Origin: an uncultured Acidobacteriota bacterium | GTDB taxonomy: Bacteria; Acidobacteriota; Thermoanaerobaculia; UBA5066 | Assembly: GCA_963779415.1 (NCBI GenBank) | Contig: CAVZYA010000003.1 | Span: 96,001-160,000 of the forward strand | Direction: 5' to 3' | DNA length: 64,000 nucleotides | Shown here: in pieces, positions 55,352 to 64,000 of the stretch | Layout: every line of letters begins with the position of its first letter | How positions within the stretch are numbered: the first letter of the stretch is position 1 | Program-made: the position numbers and the translations under genes | Notes under the pieces: model-generated | What the model was told of the DNA's origin: nothing | The model's input: the letters and a program-made list of their open reading frames with translations, nothing else | Databases searched by the model: none

Positions 55352-56478
55352 GCCCCGACCTTTGCCGGAGCCTTCATCGAGGCCGCCACCCGCTCGTACG
55401 CGGAGCAGAGCGCCTTCACCGAGGCCACGTCCACGTCTCCCATGTGCCCGATCCGGATGCAGGTCGGCTTGAACTTCCCGTAGCCGGAGCCCGGCGTGAA
55501 CTTCTCGGCCTTCATTCTCTTGTTCAGCTCCTCGGCGTTCACCCCTTCGGGCGGCATCAGGGAGGAGACCGTGGGCGAGTGCGCGCCGGCCTCCGACGAG
55601 AAGCGGAAGCCCGCCTTCGGGGCCCACTCCTCGACCGCCTTCTGCATCGCGTCGTGCCGCGCCCAGCGGTTCTCCAGCCCCTCGGCGAGGATGTGGTCGA
55701 GCTGCATGTCGAGGGCGTAGAGGAGAGGGATGCAGGGAGTCGTCGGCGTCTGCTTCTTCGCCGCGAAGGCGTCGATGTCGACGAAGTCGAGGTAGAGGCC
55801 GCGGAACTTCTTCTTCTTCGCGGCGGCGAGGGCCCGCTCCGACATCGAGAAGACGGCGAGACCGGGCGGCAGCGCCAGCGCCTTCTGGGAGCCGCAGATC
55901 GCGACGTCGAGGCCCCACGCGTCGACCTCCACGCGCGTCCCGGCGAGCGAGGTGACGACGTCGGCGAACATCAGGGCATCGGAGTTCTCGCGGACGACCT
56001 TCGCGACGGCAGCGAGGTTGGAGATGACCCCCGTCGAAGTCTCGTTGTGGGCGATCGTGACGGCGGCGTACTTCTTCGTGGCGAGCTTCTTCTTCACGTC
56101 CTCGGCCTTCACGGCGAGGCCCCAGTCGAACTTGAGAAGGTCCACCTCGAGGCCGAGACGCTGCCCCATCTCCCCCCACTTGTCGGAGAAGGCGCCGTTC
56201 CCGCAGGAGAGAACCGGGCCTTCGACACAGGAGACGAGCGCCGCCTCCCAGACGCCGGTCGCGGAGCTGGCGAGGGTGTGGGCCTTGCCGGCGGTCCGGA
56301 AGATTTTCGGGAGCTTTTCGAGAATACGTCCGTAGAGATCGGTGAAGGCCTGCGAGCGATGGGACATCATGGGACCGGTCAGCGCCTGCAGCACCTGGGG
56401 CCGCACCCAGACGGGCCCCGGATTGAAGAAGCGAACCTGCCCGGCATTGCCGCTGGTGGAATCGAAGTTGGTGCTCAT
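55348..56478 (-). CDS. Class V PLP aminotransferase (AGT/serine-pyruvate type; probable phosphoserine aminotransferase role)
   Basis: FNPGP, MSHRS, HNETSTG, GSQKALALPPG, IRIGHMG; coupled to serA by GTGA overlap. Confidence 0.88.
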   Translation of the reverse strand: MSTNFDSTSGNAGQVRFFNPGPVWVRPQVLQALTGPMMSHRSQAFTDLYGRILEKLPKIFRTAGKAHTLASSATGVWEAALVSCVEGPVLSCGNGAFSDKWGEMGQRLGLEVDLLKFDWGLAVKAEDVKKKLATKKYAAVTIAHNETSTGVISNLAAVAKVVRENSDALMFADVVTSLAGTRVEVDAWGLDVAICGSQKALALPPGLAVFSMSERALAAAKKKKFRGLYLDFVDIDAFAAKKQTPTTPCIPLLYALDMQLDHILAEGLENRWARHDAMQKAVEEWAPKAGFRFSSEAGAHSPTVSSLMPPEGVNAEELNKRMKAEKFTPGSGYGKFKPTCIRIGHMGDVDVASVKALCSAYERVAASMKAPAKVGA

Positions 56479-56526
56479 GGGGGAAATTCTATCCGGGGAA
56501 GCCGCCGATTCCCCCCTCCAAATGAA

Positions 56527-59500
56527 TCACCTCGTCCGGGTCATAGGGAAGAGCGTCCCGTCCCCCGTGAGCGTTGTCGTTCATGACCCCGTAGCGCCAC
56601 GAAGCGGCCCGTGCCGTCTATCCGCTGGACGTCGGCATAAGCGTCGCCGGAGAAGGCCATCGCCCGCAGTGGGCGGTCGAACTGAAAGCGCTGGCCGGGC
56701 TTGAGGGTGACGGGAGCCAGCGTGCCGACTGCGGCCCCGTCCGACGCCCGCCGAAGTGAAACGGACAGAGTCACCGAGGGTCCCCCGTCTGGCTCCGGAT
56801 TCGCCACGGCGATGTTGGACCGGAAGGCTGCGTCCTCCCTCAGGCCCGGCACGATGGCCTCGTTTTGAGCCCACTGCACCTCGTTTACGACGGGGACGCT
56901 CACGCCATAGTCTCCAGAGGCGCCCGGTCCCCGGGCGAGAACCACTGCCGTCACAAGGAGATCGGCCGCCCCCTCCGGACGATCGGAGCTGAACGAGAGT
57001 GTCCCGACGAAGTTGGACGGGTTAAGAGTGACGCCGTTTCCGGCCAGCCAGGAGCCGACATCATCCACAGAGAGGCTCTTCCCCTGCCCGATCGAAAACG
57101 AAAAGGTCCACGAGCCGCTCCCGTCCCGGTACGTCGCGGAGAAGTCGAGGCTCGATGGCGGATAGTCATTCGAGATGCTCCAGCCGAGGGAGAGTTCGGT
57201 CCGGTACTGGCCGAACTGGGACGTTATCCCCACCACCGCCGGCAGGAAGCGAGTCCGCCGGCCCGGAAGCGTGTCGGGAGGCTCGAATGGAACGATCGTC
57301 CCGTCATTGGTCCCTTGCTCATTCCTGACGATGTACCCCAGGAGGTCGTCCTGTGCGGAGAAAGAGCTGTTCAAGACGTCGGCGGCAGTCACGCGGAGGG
57401 GCGTCGTGAGGTAGTACGAGGGTAGATTCATCTGTCGCAAGGACCCATTCGGTATCGTCCCGCTCAGATAATCCAAGCTCCAGTCCTGCCATTGGACAAA
57501 GAAGGCGATGTCCTTCTGCGGCCCGTCGCCAGAAGCTGCCACGGCGAGGTGGGTCCGGGTGCCCGGCCTCGGGACGGGGGGCAGAATGGCGGTCTGATGA
57601 GGCAGGCTGCCGGGATCGGTTCCGACGAGGGATGTTCCAGCCGTTCCGCCATCTGCAGCGCTGAACACGCGCACGGCGGCCCATGCGTCCCGTTCATCGG
57701 TCAGGCCGTCGAACTCGACGGCCATCGGACCGACGAAGTCAGGTAAGGGATCTTCGATCGTCATCTGGACGCCAGGCGAAAGAGGCACCTCCATCACCTG
57801 CGTCGTGCCCGCCCCGACATAGACGCGGGCAACGGCGGGCGATGTCGTAGAGAAATTGGCGACGGTGAGCTCGCTCCGGTAGTGAACGCCGCCAAACCCC
57901 GTCGTGTCGGCGACGGCCGCGAGGTTTTTCCTCACGCGCCAGGATGGAGTGAACAGGGGGCCGCGCCCGTATGAGGCATAAACATTGGACGCGCCGAACC
58001 GTCCTTTCGTATCGATCGCACCAGGGAGGATTGACCCTCGTTGGGCCCGGAGCTGACCGTTCACGAGCGAGAGCCCCGCAAGGAACAACGTGTCACCGAC
58101 GACGGCAAGCGACGGCTCCGGAACCTGATTCCACAGATAAACGTCGGTCCTCGAGATGTCCTCTGCGGTCACCAGCGTTTGATAGCCGCTGCCCGTGCGT
58201 GTGACGATTATTGCTTTGAGCCTGTCCACCCTGGTGCCGTCCCAGACGAGCAGGTACAGCTTTCCGCCGACACTCGCAACGTCGCGGACCACGAGGTTCG
58301 GATCGAGATCGGGAAACGCGGGGACCAGTCGGTCGCCTTCGAGCTTGTACGTCGGCTCGATGTTCGACACAGGCCAGCAACTCCAAGACGTCATCACGTA
58401 GATGCTGTCGTTCGCCTCGCTGATTCGCGAGGTGCCCGAAGCGCACACTCCCGGAGGGGGTGTGCCGGAAAACACGTCCCATCGGCCGTCTCGAAGCCTC
58501 GCGACCTCTCCGACGGGGCCTCCGACATAAAGGTCGTCTCCCGAGACCAGCGTCGGCCTACCGAATCCCGCCGGAACACAAGGTCCGCCCACGAATCGGA
58601 GGTCGGGTCGTAAGCCAGGAGTGCGTATCCAGGGAAAGGACTCTCATCGAGGACGACGGGCCGATCCTGCCAGACCACCGTAACCGTGGAAGCCTTGGGA
58701 TGTGGAGGAGGCGGTACCCACGCCCAGCCTTCAGTCTCCCGCCCGAAGAGCGCAGCTCCACGGATGGCGAATGTCTTCTTGGCTCCCATCAGGTAGGAGC
58801 CCGCTCCTGCGCTCCCTGTGATCCCCGTCGTCTCGACCCAGCCCGACGGCCCGCGCATGTACACGTTCCAGCCGTCTGCTGCTGTGAAGAGCCGATTCCC
58901 AGCAGCCAAGACCTGGGCCACGGGATAGGATGCGGCCGCCATGACCGGTGACTCGGGCGTCATCCGGACGAATTTCCCGTTCTGAAGCTCGTAGATGCTC
59001 CCGCTCCGAAGGCGACTCGCGAGGAGAAGCTCGTTACCCCACTCGAGGGGGATACAGCCTGGCCCATACCAGAACACGTCCGGAGGCAGAGAGATGGGGT
59101 CAGAGAGGCCGGCAGCCGTCAAGATTCTCACGACGTCGTCGCCAGTAGCTGATTTGATACATCACCCAGAGGCTGTTCGGAGTCGAGAAGAGAGCGTCCG
59201 TGGGGAGATCCCAGGCCGGCAGAGATGTCCAGTGGTCTCCGTCCAGCCGGAAAAACGGTAGAGCGGAGGTGGCATTTGGCGTTCGTCCGGCTGCTTTCGA
59301 GCTGGGCCCTCCGCAGGGGGGCGAGTCCTGGATCAGATAGAGCTGCCCCGAGAGCGCGAAGAGCTTTCCGTAGCAGGATGGCATCGGCGGCTCCTGGCGG
59401 ACCGAGCCGTCCACGAGGGAGATCGAGAGCAGCCCGTGCGAATCCCCCCCTTCTGTCGGACATGTCTGCAACGTGACGCAGTTACTGTTGAACGACTCTG

Positions 59501-59894
59501 CTGGAACAAAGATACGGTCGTTGGCTGGGATTCGAGGCTGGCCTGTCCACGGCCCCGACGCGATCTGTGTCCAGTCGTTCCCTTTCAGGACGAAGATGAG
59601 AAGCTGGCCGTTCTGTACGGTCGTAGCGACGAACCGGCCGCCCGAGAAGAAGATCCACGCGGCGCTTCCCACGACCGCCGCAGTGTTCAACTCGACCGGG
59701 TGCCAGCTCGCCCCATCGAATTCGAAGGCGTCCAGGCCGCTGAACGCCAGCGTCCTGGTGTCGTCACCCAGGATGAGCCCGACATCAGGGGCGCGGGGCC
59801 CTTCGTCCGCCACCTTCCAGGTGACGTCCGCGGCAACCGGCCGGCCGAGCACGCCCGCGAGGGCGCCGAGGAGGACCAGCGACCGCGGGAGCAT
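56527..59894 (-). CDS. Large secreted protein: propeller-like N-terminus plus two C-terminal modules; several apparent frameshifts (near 59135, 58570, 56590)
   Basis: Signal peptide MLPRSLVLLGALAGVLGRPVAA; FDGASW/LDGDHW blades; LAAVADTTGFGGVHYRSELTVAN, FLPAVVGITSQFGQYRTELS, IVPGLREDAAFRSNIAVAN; ORFs 59100..59945, 58394..59131 and 56541..58592 tile head to tail. Confidence 0.6.
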
Positions 59895-59937
59895 CCGCTC
59901 ACTCCTCCTCCCCCCAAAGTAATGATCCGTCACGCTC

Positions 59938-60603
59938 TTACCCAACGGAAGGGAACAAACGGATCAGATCATCCAAGGAGGCAAGGAGAACGTCGGGCCC
60001 GGCGGCAGCGAGCTCTTCGGCCGTCGCCGAGCCCGTGGAGACGGCGGCGACAGGAATCTCCGCGGCGCGGGCCGCCCGGATGTCGAGCGGCATGTCGCCG
60101 ACGTAGAGGGCGTCGGCCGCCTTCACGCCGAGTAAAGCGAGCGCCATGAAGAGCATGTGAGGAGCCGGTTTGGGCGGGAAGCCGTCGTCGGGTCCATGGA
60201 CGACGCCGAAACGGTCGAGGATGCCGAAGTGGGAGAGGAGCTGCCGGGAGAAGACGGCCGGCTTGTTCGACACCACGGCAAGCTTCACGCCACGGTCGTG
60301 GAGGGCCTTCGTCACGTCGTCCGCACCGGGGAGCAGAGAGGTCGCTTCGGGCCCCGCCGCCTCGTAGCTTTCCAGGAAGAGATGGACACCCTCGGACGCA
60401 CGAGACGGCCCGACGGCCTCGGACATCAGGATCTCCACTCCGCGGCCTACCCGGCGGCGCGTCTCTTCGAGCGTCCACTCGGGAAGGCCGAAGCTGCGCT
60501 GGACGAATGCGACGGAAGCGTGGATCGCCGCGTACGAATCGAGAAGCGTTCCGTCGAGGTCGAAGACGACGGCGGCGATCGGACGAGGAAAGCTGGGGGT
60601 CAA
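59938..60603 (-). CDS. HAD-family hydrolase (phosphoglycolate phosphatase-like)
   Basis: TTG 60603; FDLDGTLLDS, VVSNK, KPAP, YVGDMPLD. Confidence 0.88.
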   Translation of the reverse strand: MTPSFPRPIAAVVFDLDGTLLDSYAAIHASVAFVQRSFGLPEWTLEETRRRVGRGVEILMSEAVGPSRASEGVHLFLESYEAAGPEATSLLPGADDVTKALHDRGVKLAVVSNKPAVFSRQLLSHFGILDRFGVVHGPDDGFPPKPAPHMLFMALALLGVKAADALYVGDMPLDIRAARAAEIPVAAVSTGSATAEELAAAGPDVLLASLDDLIRLFPSVG

Positions 60604-61634
60604 TCCTCGTCCTTCTCCTCGAACTCGGCCACGACCTCTTTCTTCGAATAGAGCTTCAGTCGCGTTCCCTTGATCGACCACCCCGTCACGTCCTTAAGCG
60701 CGTCGAGATAGGCGCGTTCGCGGTCTGCCCCTTCCTTGCATGCCATCCGGGACGTGCCGAGGGTGGAGAGGGTCAGGCTGTCGTTCAGCAGCTCGTAACG
60801 CCCCATCAGCCGGTTGCACCCTGTCGTGCCGGAGACCCGGTGGCTTCCGACCTCGAGGCGAAACGAAAGCGACTTCAGCCCGATTCCGGCAGCGACGGGG
60901 TGTCCCCGGAGCGTCACGAGCATCCAGTCGATCCCTACCGGCGTCGTCACGGCCGGCTTTCTCTGCAGCTCCGGCCGCGGCGGACAGCTCTCGCCCGGCG
61001 ACACCTTCTCGAAACGGTCGACGACGACGGCGATCCCGGTTCCTCCGCCCTCCGCCTTCGGGCGTTCCACGAGATGTCCGGTGAACGCGGAGAGAAGCGA
61101 CGCGCCCGGATCCGGGCGCTTCGCCACGTACGCACGTTCGAGGGCGAGGGCGTCGCCTCCCGTCGCCACCGGCAGCGTCAGTCCCGTCCGGCAGAGCGTG
61201 ATCGACGCCGCGTCGGCCATGGAGACGAACATCCCCGTGAGCGGGAACGGATCCGTGATCAGACGGAACTCGGGATCCCGCTTCAGGTCGTAGTTCAGCT
61301 TCGACTCGATCGGGCGTCCCGCTGCATCCAGCTTGCGGAGCGTGTCGGAGTCGACGACCCGGTAAAGCTCCGTCTGGTCGGCGCGGCCGTGAAGGACCAG
61401 CTCTCCTTCGTCGAGGGCGAACTCGCCGAACTCGACGAGGACGTTCTTTCGCTCGAGGTACTCCATCCGGGAGACGTAGCTCCCGTCCTTCAGGAGATTC
61501 AGCGTCATCTTGATTCCCGGGCAGTCCGCGCACGGAAGGGTTCCCGAGTACGACTCCGCCGCCGAAAGAACCGGCGGCCGGGCGGACGGATCGGAGGCGA
61601 GCGCGAGGAGAAGCGAAAGCGCGATGAGGTTCAT
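60600..61634 (-). CDS. NlpE/CutF-like protein with C-terminal META (HslJ) domain
   Basis: YSGTLPCADCPGI; GMFVSMADAASITLC; GTTGCNRLMGRY...TSRMAC. Confidence 0.85.
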   Translation of the reverse strand: MNLIALSLLLALASDPSARPPVLSAAESYSGTLPCADCPGIKMTLNLLKDGSYVSRMEYLERKNVLVEFGEFALDEGELVLHGRADQTELYRVVDSDTLRKLDAAGRPIESKLNYDLKRDPEFRLITDPFPLTGMFVSMADAASITLCRTGLTLPVATGGDALALERAYVAKRPDPGASLLSAFTGHLVERPKAEGGGTGIAVVVDRFEKVSPGESCPPRPELQRKPAVTTPVGIDWMLVTLRGHPVAAGIGLKSLSFRLEVGSHRVSGTTGCNRLMGRYELLNDSLTLSTLGTSRMACKEGADRERAYLDALKDVTGWSIKGTRLKLYSKKEVVAEFEEKDED

Positions 61635-61650
61635 CTGATTCCCCCGGATT

Positions 61651-62605
61651 TCAGTCTACCGAAAGGACGATCTTTCCGACGTTCTCGTTGGCCGCCATCC
61701 GGCGGAGGGCGTCGCCGGCGTGCGCGAGCGGAAGGACGGAGTCGACGACCGTCCGGAGCGACCCGTCGGAGAAGCCCGGAAGCACGTCGCGGACGAAGGC
61801 CGCGGTCAGCTCCACCTTCTCGGCCGTCGGACGGGCGCGGAGCGTCGAGCCGAGGATCCGGAGCCGCTTCGTAAGGACGGTGCGGAGGTCGATCGTCGAG
61901 GAGCCGCCCCCCATCGACGCGATCAGGACGAGCCGCCCGCACCGCGCCATCACGCGGAGGTTTCGCTCGAGGAACGGCCCCCCCACCGGATCGAGGACGA
62001 GGTCGATGGCGTTCTGGCCGTACGTCTTCTCGATCTCCGCGGCGAAGTCGTCCTTCGAAGTGTCGATCACGAGCGCCGCGCCGAGGGCGGCGAGTGAATC
62101 AATCTTGATGGCGCTTCGCGTCGTGGCGACGGCGAGGATCCGATTTCTTCGAAGAAGCTGAAGCGCCGCCGTTCCGACTCCCGAGGCCGCCGCATGGATC
62201 AGAGCCTTCTCCCCGGCCTTCAGCCCTCCCTCGTGGAAGAGGTTCAGGTACGCGGTGAACCACGCTTCGGGGATGGAGGCCGCCTCGACGAACCCCATCC
62301 CTTCCGGAACCGGCATCAGCATTCCGCGGGGAACGGAGACCTTCTCGGCATACCCCCCGCCGGGAAGGAGGAAGAAGACGCGCTCGCCGCGTCTCCTCCA
62401 CCTCCCCGGCGGCCTCGAGGCCGAGAATCTCCGAAGCGCCGGGGGGCGGCGGATACCTGCCGGCCGCCTGCAGAAGGTCGGCGCGGTTGACGGCCGTCGC
62501 CCTCACCCGGACGACGACCTCGCCCGGGCCCGGAACGGGATCGGGCGCCTCGCCGAAGATCAGCGCCTCGGGACCGCCGGGCTTCGGGACGAGGATGGCC
62601 TTCAA
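61651..62605 (-). CDS. NAD(P)H-quinone oxidoreductase (PIG3/zeta-crystallin family); frameshift near 62390
   Basis: TTG 62605; AVNRADLLQAAGRYPPPPGASEILGLE; IHAAASGVG; GSTLRAR; GKIVL. Confidence 0.88.
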
Positions 62606-64000
62606 GAGAAAAGCCCCAGAGATCTTCTTAGAAAGAGGAGAACGCCGGGGATTTCTTCGAAAGTGAAACGGGGGATGGAAGAGGCGTGCCGGGTGGCGCG
62701 GTCCGTGACGACCGCGACGAATGTTGGGATCGTTTTCGCAGAGAGGCTGGCGGCCGGTCGCCGCGCGGCAGACTTCGATCTTCGGCAGACGATTCGCCCC
62801 GGATATCCCTCGACGACGACGACGTCGCAATCACCGAGACCGAATTCACCCTCCAGGAAAAACGACAAGGGGCGCCTGTCGGGAGCCTGCCTGTGGACCG
62901 CGCTGCGCCTTCCCGCGACCAGCATCGCGGGTTCCGCGCCCGCGGCCTTGTGGCGCTGCGAGTCCTTCCCTTCCATGTCCGTCTCGTACTCGTGGTCGGT
63001 GTGCTTGACCGATCCGACCTTCAGCCCTTCCGCCGCGAGCGCCTCGATGAGCTTCACGGCCACCGTCGTCTTGCCCGACTCGTGCGCCCCGACGACGAGG
63101 AGAACCACCGGAGATTTCTTAGAAAGGTAGAGAAGACTTCGCGCGCGGACGGGGGCGAAGCGCGCCACGTCGTCCCGGAAAGTCGAGATCCACGGAATCG
63201 AGAGTTTCTCCGCGTCGACGAGCCTGCGGAATGTGGCTGTTCCCGTCAGCAGGTCGACCGCCGGGACGTCGTCGCGATATTCGTAGCTCTCCGTCCGCCA
63301 CGCGAAGGAGGCGGGGTCGAGGTCGCGGAGGGCCTTCACCAGACGGAGATACGTCTCGAACGGGCGGAACGATTCCGGGTCGGTCACGTGGGCCTGAACG
63401 CCGCCGCAGAGTCGCCCGGCCTGCTTCTGGAAGGTCGGGGTGAAGACGTGCGGGCGGAAGACGACGCCCGGCATTACGAGAGAGTTCGCGGCGTCCGCCG
63501 CGGCGTCCGCGTCGAGCCACGGCGCGCCGACGATCTCGAAGGGGCGCGTCGTCCCGCGCCCCTCGGAGAGATTCGTCCCTTCGACGAGGCAGGCCCCGGG
63601 GTAGACGAGCGCCGTCTCGCGAGTCGGCATGTTCGGCGACGGCAGGACCCACGCCGGATCGTCGCCGAGGGCGCGGCGCCCGAGGAGCGCACTTCCGCGG
63701 CGCATTGGGACGACGGTCAGGTCGCAGCCGAGCGAGAACTCCCGGTTGACGAAAGTCGCGATCTCCCCCGGCGTCATGCCGTGGCGGACGGGCACCGGGT
63801 AGAGGCCGATGAACGAAAGGAGCGGCGTCTCCGGGAGGTTCCCCTCGAGGACTTCGCCTCCGAGCGGGTTCGGCCTGTCGAGGACGACGACCGGGATCCC
63901 GCGCGCCGCGCACGCCCTCATCATCAGCGCCGTCGTCCAGACGAAGGTGTAGTAGCGGCTCCCGACGTCGGGGAGGTCCGAAACGACGACGTCGAGGCCC
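62602..64000 (-). CDS. NamZ/DUF1343 exo-beta-N-acetylmuramidase-like domain read in frame into a MobB-like P-loop domain (5' end beyond the window)
   Basis: VLDRPNPLGG, RHGMTPGE, PSPNMP, LSEGRGTTRPFE; then VVGAHESGKTT, VGSVKH, GKDS, VVVEGY; the MobB tail looks locally frameshifted. Confidence 0.8.
   Translation of the reverse strand, partial: GLDVVVSDLPDVGSRYYTFVWTTALMMRACAARGIPVVVLDRPNPLGGEVLEGNLPETPLLSFIGLYPVPVRHGMTPGEIATFVNREFSLGCDLTVVPMRRGSALLGRRALGDDPAWVLPSPNMPTRETALVYPGACLVEGTNLSEGRGTTRPFEIVGAPWLDADAAADAANSLVMPGVVFRPHVFTPTFQKQAGRLCGGVQAHVTDPESFRPFETYLRLVKALRDLDPASFAWRTESYEYRDDVPAVDLLTGTATFRRLVDAEKLSIPWISTFRDDVARFAPVRARSLLYLSKKSPVVLLVVGAHESGKTTVAVKLIEALAAEGLKVGSVKHTDHEYETDMEGKDSQRHKAAGAEPAMLVAGRRSAVHRQAPDRRPLSFFLEGEFGLGDCDVVVVEGYPGRIVCRRSKSAARRPAASLSAKTIPTFVAVVTDRATRHASSIPRFTFEEIPGVLLFLRRSLGLFS

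Overview
High-GC bacterial chromosome segment, inferred to be Acidobacteriota and probably Thermoanaerobaculia-like (Cys-rich N-terminal insertion in RpoB, Ser/Thr kinase plus TolB-like propeller, beta-propeller/Y_Y_Y sensor kinase, a recurrent secreted 'PxxaxxxGxxGxxf/y.s.l.v.N' module). Left part: mdtABC-type RND efflux genes, a NarL-type regulator with its sensor kinase, a Ser/Thr kinase, a cytochrome c, a vapBC-type toxin-antitoxin pair with a clear operator, and two tandem paralogous secreted proteins built like phage tail fibres. Middle (19.7-38.3 kb): one long minus-strand run of core genes, rplM-rpsI-rpsB-tsf-pyrH-frr-ispD-ispF-rlmB-4 tRNAs-rpmG-tRNA-Trp-secE-nusG-rplKAJL-rpoBC, with no tuf. 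Right part: housekeeping and envelope genes (folD, coaE, rdgB, FHA-GAF adenylate cyclase, arginine deiminase, purB, rlpA, ddl, serA and others), a large secreted propeller protein and an apparent NamZ-MobB fusion. Many genes, including essential tsf and rpsB, carry 1-bp frameshifts that are most simply long-read consensus errors. Best novelty candidates: the Sec-exported fibre-like paralogue pair with a swapped central repeat cassette and a shared putative surface-anchoring module; an AT-rich motif repeated inside coding DNA at 62.1-63.1 kb; the NamZ-MobB fusion; probable CTG starts; and rewired ribosomal-protein operon leaders. No database searches were run; all family calls come from motif recognition.
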